Origin: an uncultured delta proteobacterium
GTDB lineage: Bacteria > Desulfobacterota > Binatia > DP-6
Assembly (NCBI GenBank): GCA_963815115.1
Contig: CAWFFN010000009.1
Coordinates: 1,248,001-1,312,000, forward strand
Length of the DNA stretch: 64,000 nucleotides
Direction of reading: 5' to 3'
Each line of letters begins with the position of its first letter. The first letter of the stretch is position 1. Below, in pieces: positions 17,877 through 26,383 of the stretch. Under the pieces are notes generated by a model, which was not told where the DNA came from, ran no database searches, and saw only the letters and a list, made by a program, of their open reading frames with translations. Both the position numbers and the translations under genes were made by a program.

Positions 17877-18953
17877 ATGCACAAGACGATCCGGACGTTC
17901 CTCGTCGTGGCTCTGACGCTCGCCGCCGCACGGGCACACGCCACGCCGGCGACCTGCACGGTCTCGAACATCGACGTCGTGACGACGCTCTTCCCGTTCC
18001 CCAGAATCGGCGGAACCGGGCTCGCCCTCCCTGTCGACATCGATGCCGCGAGCGGGACGATCACGATGGATCGCAGCGCCTACACGGCCGCGTACCCGTC
18101 GCCCGGGCTGAAGTTCGACACCGGCTTCGGGCCCTCTGGCTGGCTCGACTGGGATCCGGGATCGATCACCGGGACGATCGACTCGAACGGGCAGATCGCG
18201 TTCCCGAACTTCGGGATGCGCTTCTTCACCGACTACGCCACGCCGGGTCCGAGCCTCGCCGGCAATCTCAATCCGACCTTCTCGACCGCCATGCAGGCGC
18301 GGACCGTGTCCGGGACCGCATGGCTCTTCTCCGGCTCGGCTGTGAACGCCCAGGGCCAGCTGACCCTCGCCGGCACGGATCTCATCAACTTCGTGGCGAC
18401 CTTGCAGACGGGACCCAGGTTGAGCTGCACGCTCTCGCCCGTTCCCGATCTCGCCTCGCTGCCGAAGGGCCCGACGCTCGCATCGGTGAAGGGCGTCGTG
18501 AAGAACGGCACCGACCCGACCATCGCGGACGACTCCCTGACGCTGACGGCGGTGATGGTGCTGGGCGCGACGCCGCCCGTGCTCGACGGCACCCAGGACG
18601 TGCTGCTGAGGCTCCAGCCCGCCGGAGCGCTCCCCTTGACGATCGTCATCCCGGGGAGCGCGCTGACCCCGAAGGGGAAGAAGGTCAGCGCCAAGGGCGA
18701 CGGCACGGTGTTCCAGTCGATCGCCGATGCGCCCATCAGCCAGGACGACCAGACGCCGCCTCCGGCAACGACGGACGGCGGCTCACTGATCGTGAAGAAG
18801 ACGAAGAAGCGAGCCACCTTCATCCTGAAGGTGGCGGGGGTCGACGCGTCGACCCTGAGCGGGTCCATCGTCGCCACGCTCGGTGTGGGAACCCAGGACG
18901 CGAGCCGTCAGGTGACCTTCACCGCCACGAAGAAGGGGTCGAAGTTCCACTGA
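17877..18953 (+). CDS. Secreted hypothetical protein
   Basis: GGGGGA RBS, signal peptide, beta-rich, Lys-rich C-terminal domain. Confidence 0.8.
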   Translation: MHKTIRTFLVVALTLAAARAHATPATCTVSNIDVVTTLFPFPRIGGTGLALPVDIDAASGTITMDRSAYTAAYPSPGLKFDTGFGPSGWLDWDPGSITGTIDSNGQIAFPNFGMRFFTDYATPGPSLAGNLNPTFSTAMQARTVSGTAWLFSGSAVNAQGQLTLAGTDLINFVATLQTGPRLSCTLSPVPDLASLPKGPTLASVKGVVKNGTDPTIADDSLTLTAVMVLGATPPVLDGTQDVLLRLQPAGALPLTIVIPGSALTPKGKKVSAKGDGTVFQSIADAPISQDDQTPPPATTDGGSLIVKKTKKRATFILKVAGVDASTLSGSIVATLGVGTQDASRQVTFTATKKGSKFH

Positions 18954-18978
18954 GCGCGCCGGCCGCAGCGTCCCGGCG

Positions 18979-19266
18979 TCAGGCGCGGTAGATCCGGCAA
19001 TCGAAGCGCATGTGCAGCTCCTGATACACGCGCTGGCGCTCGGCCGGCGTGAGCCGCGTGAGCGCCGAGAGCACCGCGGCCAGCACCGGCTCGAGCGACG
19101 CGCGCTCCTCTTCGGCGGCGGTGCGCCCCGACGCCGAGGGTCCACAGCCGCTGCCGTCGCAGTGCGGGCAGGGGTCGCATGCCGTGGGGCCGCGCTCCGG
19201 GTCCGCCCACAGCCCGGTGCCGTCGCAGAAGCCGCAGGAAGCCTCGGGATCGCGCAGCGTGTCCAC
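18979..19266 (-). CDS. Small DnaJ-type zinc-finger protein
   Basis: Two CxxCxGxG motifs (CGFCDGTG, CPHCDGSG); GGAG RBS before GTG. Confidence 0.65.
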   Translation of the reverse strand: MDTLRDPEASCGFCDGTGLWADPERGPTACDPCPHCDGSGCGPSASGRTAAEEERASLEPVLAAVLSALTRLTPAERQRVYQELHMRFDCRIYRA

Positions 19267-19369
19267 GGTCGATCTCCCTTCCCGCGCGAGTATCGCCCCG
19301 CGCCGCCGCGCAGGTCAATGCGGGTTTGACCCTCCGGAGGAGAGCGGCTAACACTCGCGTCTGCGCTAC

Positions 19370-19442
19370 GGCCAGGTAGCTCAGTTGGTAGAGCACACGA
19401 CTGAAAATCGTGGTGTCGACGGTTCAATCCCGCCCCTGGCCA
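19370..19442 (+). tRNA. tRNA-Phe (GAA), CCA not encoded
   Basis: GGCCAGG/CCTGGCC acceptor stem, CACGA-CTGAAAA-TCGTG anticodon arm, TTCAATC T-loop; upstream TTGACC-17-TAACAC promoter. Confidence 0.95.
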
Positions 19443-20132
19443 CTCGTCGGATCAGCGACCCGCGACCGCGCGTGCGACGCGGTCGCGGTCGCCGTCCGCC
19501 CTCGCGCGCGTTCTGCTCGGCGAGGAGCGGGATGAACCGGCATTCGGGATAGTTCCCGTTCCCGCCGGGCGTCCCATGGCACGCGCCGGAAGCCGATGAC
19601 CGGGCGCGCGGGGGACGACAGCGCACGGCGGGACGAAAATCCTTGACACCCAAACCCAACCAGCTAGGACAGAACCGAACGTATCTCCGTACCGACGACT
19701 CTCTCGAGCCGTCTAGCAGATAAAGGAGGACAACGTCGCCTTCATCGTCGGCGCGTTGCAGGCAGGCAGACAATGCCGGTCGGGTTCGCCGATGCCGACA
19801 CGACGAGCCCGATCCTCCGCATGGCCCGCGGCGCCGGCTTTCGGGCCCCACGGAACAGAGAACCCGGAAGAGAGTGCCCCGCCGAGGCGAGTACCTCGAC
19901 AGGGTCGTCAACCTCGTCGTCGCATCCCAGGACCCGTGCGGCGCCGGGGGGGACTGGATGCTGCCCTGCCGCTGCTCGACCCCAAGCACGTGGCCCCCTT
20001 CGGGAGGAGGTAAGACCATGGGAATTCGGTGACTTGATGAGCAGAGTCTCACCGCTGGCATCCCGGCTGTCGATCTGCAGCCAATCAACGACAACGAACG
20101 CTCGACGCGTTCATCCAAATCGGGGGTCTGCC

Positions 20133-22277
20133 ATGACCAGTCCACGCTTCCTGAGCGCCTTGATGCTCGCCGCGCTGGTCCGCAGTGCGGCAGCGCAACT
20201 CGTGCCGCCACCGCTGACCGCGACCGTGGTCAACTTCGACGACCTCGTCGCCTGTACCGACATCCTCACCTGCGTGCCCATACCTCCTGATACCTACAAC
20301 TCCCTCGGCATCACGATCTCCGGCTTCGGGCAGAACGGGGCCATCGTCTTCGACGCCACGACCAGCTCGTACGGGATATCGCCACCCAACGTCCTTTTCT
20401 TCTTCAGCGCGTTCCCCCTGGCAAACGGCGGCCTCATCAAGGGCCCGGAGACCTTCACCTTCTATCCACCGATCCAGTCGCTGCAGTTCGACACCGCCAC
20501 GTTCACTGGTTGCGACCTGCTGGTGACCGCCTCGGCGTTCGCGCCGGACGGCACTGTGGTGGGGAACGCCTCGATTGCGCCGGTCGAGGGGGGCGTCACG
20601 CTTGCTCTGACCTTTGCGCCGCCCGGGGCGCAGACGGTGCTCATCACCGACGCGCCCAACCCGCTCTGCGGTCTCCCCGGGCTCGAAGCGTTCTCGATCG
20701 ACAACATCGCCTTCGTGTCGGAGCCCGGTGGCGTCGGCAGCACGTGCGCGCAGGGCGAGATCGACGCCGCCGGCAAGAAGGCGAAGGCCGAGGCGAGCTG
20801 CTACTCCAAGGCGCTCCAGAAGGGCGTCCCGGTCGATCCGAACTGCATCCAGAAGGCCGTCAACGCCTTCAACAGCAGCGTCACCAAGTCGCAGGACAAG
20901 GGGGATTGTCTGGTCGGTGGCCGCCACGGGGACAACCAGGACGTGAGCCAGCTCGAGGCCGCCGTCGACAACCTGATCGCGAACAGCGTCCAGACGGTGA
21001 CCGGCGGCCAGCCGGGCCCCAACGTCTGCTTCGGCAAGAAGCTCGCCGCGATCGGCAAGAAGGCGCAGTCCTTCGCGGGGTGCTGGTCCAAGGCGGCGAA
21101 GAGCGGGACGAACGCCGACGAGGCCTGCGCCCAGAAGGCTGCCGGCTCGTTCAACGGGTCGCTCAAGGCGTGCGGCACTCCGACCCAGCTCGCCCCGCTC
21201 GAGCTCCTGATCGACCAGTTCGGGAATGCCCTCTCCCGGAGCGTGACGGTGGCGACGACCACCACGACCACGACGACCACGAGCACCACGACCTCGACCC
21301 TGCCCCCGCCGCTCGGGCAGCATCTGTCGTTCACGACGACCGCGGGGACGACGAACTGTGGCTCGGGTCAGTTCTCCACGCCGGCCGATCCGCCCTTCTC
21401 GGGTGAGCTCGACTCCGACACCGTCGGGACCAAGCTCGTCGACCTGGGGGCCGGGTGCCTCTACATCGGCGGCGGCGCGGCGACGGTGAACCCCTCGGTC
21501 ATTCCGGAGAATGCCACCACGGTGCTCGACAGCCCCGACGGCACGACGCTCTCGGGCAGCCTGGGAACCAGCCGCGCGGACTGCTCCGTGGGGCCGCAGG
21601 GTTTCGTCAAGCACTGCGTCAACAACCCGGCGTTGGAGTGCACCAGCGACGGCGACTGCTTCGCGCCGGGCGGCTGCCAGACGGACCCGACGTGCTACTT
21701 CGGCCCGCCGGTCCTCGTGAACGGCTTCCCCTCGAGCTGCGTGGTGAACGCCTTTGCGCAGAATGCGAGCGGGACGCTCAACCTGGCCACGGGCGAGTCG
21801 ACGGTCGACATCGAGCTGGCGTCGTTCGTCTACCTGACCCTCGGCCAGCCCACCGTCTGCCCGATCTGCGACGGTGGCTTCTGTAACTACGGCGCCACGC
21901 CGGGCGCTGCGTGCACGACCAACAACAGCACGCTGACGTCGCTCGACTGCATGCCGAGCCCGGGCACCTTCGTGGCCACGCTGCCGGTGAGCCTCAATCC
22001 GCTGACCTCGTCGCCGATCACGACGACGGCGGCGGACGGGCTCTTCTGCCCCTCCCAGCCCAACGCCGGCGCGTTCGGTCAGGCGACCGCCGAGGTGATC
22101 ACGCAGAACGGATCGCCGGCGGGTGATCTGACCGACGGGGCATCCCACGCCGGGGTGCTCGTGAGCAACTTCTGCATCCCGGCGACGGGCAGCCTGGCAC
22201 TCGACGGGCTGGCCAACCTGCCGGGACCGGGCTCGCTCAGCTTGCCCGGGAACGCGCAGTTCTTCGCCATGCCGTAG
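20133..22277 (+). CDS. Large secreted Cys-rich multidomain protein with Thr-rich linker
   Basis: Signal peptide from MTSPRF, two related C..K.AA.GKKA...C.SKA...G..D..C.QKA..F units, TTTTTTTTTSTTTST linker, Cys-rich C-domain. Confidence 0.85.
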   Translation: MTSPRFLSALMLAALVRSAAAQLVPPPLTATVVNFDDLVACTDILTCVPIPPDTYNSLGITISGFGQNGAIVFDATTSSYGISPPNVLFFFSAFPLANGGLIKGPETFTFYPPIQSLQFDTATFTGCDLLVTASAFAPDGTVVGNASIAPVEGGVTLALTFAPPGAQTVLITDAPNPLCGLPGLEAFSIDNIAFVSEPGGVGSTCAQGEIDAAGKKAKAEASCYSKALQKGVPVDPNCIQKAVNAFNSSVTKSQDKGDCLVGGRHGDNQDVSQLEAAVDNLIANSVQTVTGGQPGPNVCFGKKLAAIGKKAQSFAGCWSKAAKSGTNADEACAQKAAGSFNGSLKACGTPTQLAPLELLIDQFGNALSRSVTVATTTTTTTTTSTTTSTLPPPLGQHLSFTTTAGTTNCGSGQFSTPADPPFSGELDSDTVGTKLVDLGAGCLYIGGGAATVNPSVIPENATTVLDSPDGTTLSGSLGTSRADCSVGPQGFVKHCVNNPALECTSDGDCFAPGGCQTDPTCYFGPPVLVNGFPSSCVVNAFAQNASGTLNLATGESTVDIELASFVYLTLGQPTVCPICDGGFCNYGATPGAACTTNNSTLTSLDCMPSPGTFVATLPVSLNPLTSSPITTTAADGLFCPSQPNAGAFGQATAEVITQNGSPAGDLTDGASHAGVLVSNFCIPATGSLALDGLANLPGPGSLSLPGNAQFFAMP

Positions 22278-22306
22278 CCGCACGCTGCGGTCCTGAGCGA
22301 TCGACC

Positions 22307-22337
22307 CCCGGCGCCGGCCCTCCCGGCCGGCGCCGGG
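22307..22337. terminator. GC-rich hairpin between convergent genes
   Basis: 13-bp perfect stem CCCGGCGCCGGCC/GGCCGGCGCCGGG; no U-tract. Confidence 0.45.
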
Positions 22338-22460
22338 ACGCGGCCTCCCATCAGCATTCGGGCAGCGGCAGGACGAGACGGCGAGAGCGCGCCAGCCGAG
22401 CACTCCGCGGCGATCTCCTGCATCGTGACCCCGGCGGAGCGTGGAGATGGTGCGTTCTGA

Positions 22461-22907
22461 CTATTGCGCGCTGCCCGGGTTCGCTGGCTGGAAGGTGCGA
22501 CCGTCCCACGACCAGCGTGTCGTGCCGTTCGAGACGAGATCGCGGACCCCCCGCGTGCGACCGTCCCCGAGTGCAATCCCGTGGACCGTCAGATCGGCCC
22601 TGCGGTACTTGTCGCCGTCCGAGAGGAACACCTCGGTGGAGCAGCCCCGGCTCCCGCAGTAGGACGGATTCGTGAAGGCGACCACGTAGTCGGGTCGCCT
22701 GTCGCCGTTCAGGTCGATCTTGGCGATGTCGAGATCGGTTTGTGGATTCGCATCGTCCGCGAACGATCCCAAGAGCTTGACCACGAGGCTACGATCCGCA
22801 GGCGAGACGGCCTTGCCGAACGGCAAGTCGCCGGCGATCGCGGCAACCACACAGAGCACCAGGATGAAGGGCTGAACACGTGCTGAACGGATCACCGATC
22901 TCGACAT
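22461..22907 (-). CDS. Exported hypothetical protein with DLNGD (FG-GAP/EF-like) and CGSRGC motifs
   Basis: AAGGA RBS, hydrophobic N-terminus, DLNGDRRPDYVV...YCGSRGC, W.WDG..F; visibly lower GC than flanks. Confidence 0.75.
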   Translation of the reverse strand: MSRSVIRSARVQPFILVLCVVAAIAGDLPFGKAVSPADRSLVVKLLGSFADDANPQTDLDIAKIDLNGDRRPDYVVAFTNPSYCGSRGCSTEVFLSDGDKYRRADLTVHGIALGDGRTRGVRDLVSNGTTRWSWDGRTFQPANPGSAQ

Positions 22908-23194
22908 GGCATCCTTTCCGCGCTGGCAAATCAAGAGTAGCAGGCGGTATGGTCCGTATTTAGCCCGCTTCCCCTACAGGCTGTCTATCCCTCTGGTGCC
23001 ATCCCGACTTACGTAAACCTCCTCGAATTGCGTCGTGACCGTGGAGGGTGGTCATGCGTCTCGCGCCGGTCGAGCGATCCCGCGCGCACGGGCACCCCGC
23101 GCAAGTGCCTGAGCGTGCGAGGCAACACGGTTGGTTCGACCCCGCAAGCGCCCATCGTCGGCGTCCGGGAGAATGTACCATATCCCGTAGCAGT

Positions 23195-23354
23195 GGCGCG
23201 CGTACGACCAACTGCGCCCGAAGGGATCGGCCGCATCGAGAAGCAGGCGTGCGCGCGCGACGGCCATCTCCAGGAACTCGATGTCCTCGTGCTCGCGACG
23301 GGGTTTCGCGTCGACCGCTTCGTACGGTCGATACAGGTGGTGGGCCACACTTGA
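23195..23354 (+). pseudogene. Remnant of a Baeyer-Villiger/flavin-containing monooxygenase gene
   Basis: EGIGRIE....RDG.L.ELDVLVLATGF.VDRFVR.I.VVG matches the BVMO C-terminal DVLVLATGF segment; the rest of the gene is absent. Boundaries approximate. Confidence 0.65.
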
Positions 23355-23375
23355 CCGGACCGTCCAGCATCGACG

Positions 23376-24665
23376 ATGAGGACGGCGATGTCTCCCGAGA
23401 ACGCGACGCCCGACCCGACGGCCGCGTGGTTCGCGCGGGCGCGCTTCGGCGTGTTCGTCCACTGGGGACACGGGAGCCGGCGCGGCTGGGAGCTGTCGTG
23501 GCCGCTGGTCGGCGGCCTGCGCAGCCTGCGCCATTGCCAGGACGTGCCGGCCGAGACGTATCACGCGAACGCCCGCAGCTTCGCCCCCCGCCCGGGCGCC
23601 GCGCGCGACTGGATCGCCGCTGCGAAGCGGTGCGGCATGCGCTACGCCGTGCTCACCACGAAGCACCACGACGGCTTCGCGCTCTTCCCCACCCGCGCGT
23701 CCGACTTCTCGATCGCGGCGACGCCGTACCGCGGCGACCTCGTGCGCGAGTTCGTCGAGGCAGCGCGCGCGGCCGACCTCCGGGTCGGACTCTACTTCTC
23801 GCTGTGCGACTGGCACCATCCCGACTATCCGCCCTTCACCGACGCCGATCGTCCCTATCGCTACGGGCTCGCACCACGGCCGACCGACGACCAGTGGGCT
23901 CGATACACGGCCTTCCTGTTCGCGCAGATTCGCGAGCTGCTCGAGAGCTACGGCCGCATCGATCTCCTGTGGTTCGACGGAGGATGGGAGCGCAGTGCCG
24001 ACGCATGGCGCGCGCACGAGCTGGAGGCGATGATCCGCGAGCTCCAGCCCGGCATCGTGATCAACGATCGCCTCCCCGGCGCAGGGGACTACGACACCCC
24101 CGAGCAGTTCATCCCGCCCGAGCCGCCGGCGCGGACGTGGGAGACGTGCCTCACGATGAACGAGAGCTGGGCGTGGAATCCGTCTGACCGCGACTACAAA
24201 TCCTCGCGCGCGCTCGTCCACGCGCTCTGCGAGGTCGCCGGCCGCGGCGGCAACCTGCTGCTCGACGTGGGCCCGACGGGCGACGGCAGCCTGCCGCCGG
24301 AGCAGGTCGAGCGGCTCGAGGCGATCGGCGGCTGGATGGACGTCCACGGCGAGAGCATCCACGACACGGAACCGGGCCTCGCGCCCTGGCAGTTCTACGG
24401 ACCCTCGACCCGCCGCGGGTCCCGGCTCTACCTTCATCTCCTGTCGCGGCCGTACGACACGGTCGCCGTGCGCGGCGTGCCCATCCGGCGCGTCCGCGCC
24501 GTGACCGCGCTCGGCACCGGGACCGTGCTCGATGCGAGCGGACGCTGCCCGGTGGTCGACGAGCTGTTCAACGGCGACCCGACCGGCGAGCTCACGATCC
24601 GCGTGCCCGAAGCGGTGCTCGATCCGATCGCCACGACGATCGCGGTCGACGTGGATCCGGCGTGA
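23376..24665 (+). CDS. Alpha-L-fucosidase (GH29)
   Basis: WF..ARFG.FVHWG, GMRYAVLTTKHHDGF, LLWFDG, INDR, WETCLTMN.SW, GGNLLL.VGP. Confidence 0.93.
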   Translation: MRTAMSPENATPDPTAAWFARARFGVFVHWGHGSRRGWELSWPLVGGLRSLRHCQDVPAETYHANARSFAPRPGAARDWIAAAKRCGMRYAVLTTKHHDGFALFPTRASDFSIAATPYRGDLVREFVEAARAADLRVGLYFSLCDWHHPDYPPFTDADRPYRYGLAPRPTDDQWARYTAFLFAQIRELLESYGRIDLLWFDGGWERSADAWRAHELEAMIRELQPGIVINDRLPGAGDYDTPEQFIPPEPPARTWETCLTMNESWAWNPSDRDYKSSRALVHALCEVAGRGGNLLLDVGPTGDGSLPPEQVERLEAIGGWMDVHGESIHDTEPGLAPWQFYGPSTRRGSRLYLHLLSRPYDTVAVRGVPIRRVRAVTALGTGTVLDASGRCPVVDELFNGDPTGELTIRVPEAVLDPIATTIAVDVDPA

Positions 24666-24681
24666 TGTCATAGGACGGGCC

Positions 24682-25524
24682 ATGCCCACCGTGGCCGACA
24701 AGCGGCGTACGTTCCGCAGACTCCACCAGACGGGCTGCTTCGTGCTGCCCAATCCGTGGGACGTCGGAAGCGCCCGCTACCTGCAATCCCTCGGATTCGA
24801 GGCGCTCGCGACGACGAGCGCGGGAGCCGCGTTCGCGATGGCGCTCCCCGACGGCGCCGTGCCGCGCGACGCCATGCTGGCGCACATCGGCGCGCTCGCG
24901 GCCGCCAGCGACGTGCCCGTCAACGCCGATTTCGGCAACGGCTTCGCGGACGATCCCGAGGAGGTAGGACGCAACGTGCGGCTGTGCGTCGCGGCCGGCG
25001 TCGCCGGCCTCTCGATCGAGGACTCCACCGGCGACCGGGCGCGACCGCTCTACGACATCGATCTCGCGACCCGGCGCGTTCGTGCCGCCCGTGCTGCCAT
25101 CGATGCATCGGGCGAGGAGGTGGTCCTCACCGGACGCGCCGAGGGGATGCTGGGCTACGACGTCGATCTCGACGCCACCATCCGCCGGCTTCGGGCGTAC
25201 TCCGAGGCCGGAGCCGACTGCCTGTACGCACCCGGTATCACCACCCGCGAGCAGATCTCCGCCGTGGTCGCGGCCGTGGCGCCGAAGCCCGTCAACGTCC
25301 TCGCGCCGCCGGCCGTGGGCCTCACCCTGCGCGACTTCACGGCTCTGGGCGTACGCCGCCTGAGCGTCGGGGGCGGGCTCGCGCGCGTGGCATGGGGCGC
25401 CCTGATGCGCGCGGCCGGCGCGATCGCCAGAGACGGCCGCTTCGATGGGATGGCCGACGCTGCCTCGGGGAAGGAGCTGAACCGGCTGTTCCACGACGAC
25501 GCGAAGCGCCGCGGGCCGTCCTGA
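24682..25524 (+). CDS. Isocitrate lyase/PEP mutase family protein
   Basis: LPNPWDVGSA, ALATTSAG, PVNADF, SIED, AGADCLYAPG, GVRRLSVG. Confidence 0.92.
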   Translation: MPTVADKRRTFRRLHQTGCFVLPNPWDVGSARYLQSLGFEALATTSAGAAFAMALPDGAVPRDAMLAHIGALAAASDVPVNADFGNGFADDPEEVGRNVRLCVAAGVAGLSIEDSTGDRARPLYDIDLATRRVRAARAAIDASGEEVVLTGRAEGMLGYDVDLDATIRRLRAYSEAGADCLYAPGITTREQISAVVAAVAPKPVNVLAPPAVGLTLRDFTALGVRRLSVGGGLARVAWGALMRAAGAIARDGRFDGMADAASGKELNRLFHDDAKRRGPS

Positions 25525-25669
25525 GGGCTTCAGCCGGAGACGACGTACCTCCATTGGTCGCGACCCGTGAATTTTGCTAGCATCCGGCGCGCAGCGCCGC
25601 CCCGGGGGGGGCGGCCAAGCGAACGGTGGCTCGCGGTGTGCGGTCGCGGGCGTCCGGAGGGATGGGACG

Positions 25670-26023
25670 ATGGGTATGCGGAGGACGCGAAGCGGTCGAG
25701 CGCATCGAGCGGATGCCCTGACCGACGATGAAACGGCGAAGGCGCCGATCCCGCTCGATTCGATCAGCCTGCTGGCGGGAATCGCGCCGGGGCTGGAGCT
25801 CGAGGCCACGGTGGCGGCGGACGGTACGATGCCGGCCGGCAGCCCGGTCTCGGTCGACGAGGTGGGGCGGCTCCTGCGTTGCAGCGAGGCCACGGTGCGC
25901 CGCCTGATCCGCACCGCCGTGCTGCGCCCGGTCGGTGTCGGCGAGCACCAGGTGCGGCGCAGCGACGTCGAGAGCTACCGTCTGAGCCTGATGCGGCGCG
26001 TGCCCGGCAAGCCCGGAAACTGA
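25670..26023 (+). CDS. Helix-turn-helix (HTH_17/excisionase-like) DNA-binding protein
   Basis: SVDEVGRLLRCSEATVRRLIR...L....VG....VRRSDVESY; GGAGG upstream. Confidence 0.7.
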   Translation: MGMRRTRSGRAHRADALTDDETAKAPIPLDSISLLAGIAPGLELEATVAADGTMPAGSPVSVDEVGRLLRCSEATVRRLIRTAVLRPVGVGEHQVRRSDVESYRLSLMRRVPGKPGN

Positions 26024-26383
26024 GCCGCTCGCCAGGGGTCGGGACGCAGCCCCGCCCCCCGACCCCGATGACCCGGACCCCTCCGGGCCGTCGCACAGGA
26101 GTGTGCGACCTCCTCTTCGGGACGTACACGCCTGAACGGTCCCCGGCGCTGGAAAACCGGTGAACCCTTGATTTCGTTGGCGTTGCCGCTCCGGCACGCG
26201 CCTCGCTCTTCTCCACCCGACCGGCTGCTGTGCCGGCGGGGGGATGACGATGGAGACGAAGGCGAGGCAGGAGGGGAAGTCGGCGCGCCCGCGCCGCAGG
26301 GTGATCGCGGTCGGCAAGCGCCAGAACGGGCGCTGGAAGGTGCGCACCAGCCTCTGGCGCTGGCTCGCGGCGACGGCCATCTC

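Noticed and set aside
21255-21299. ACC/ACG tandem repeat as a DNA-level element
   Set aside because: Explained by the poly-Thr protein linker.
25670-26023. Prophage or ICE marked by the excisionase-like HTH
   Set aside because: No integrase, att repeats or other mobile genes nearby.
26098-26140. VCDLLFGTY resembling a sterol desaturase C-terminal motif
   Set aside because: Too short and lacks the His boxes; may be chance.
25577-26380. Minus-strand ORF directly after gshB
   Set aside because: No motif, and it overlaps the better-supported HTH gene.
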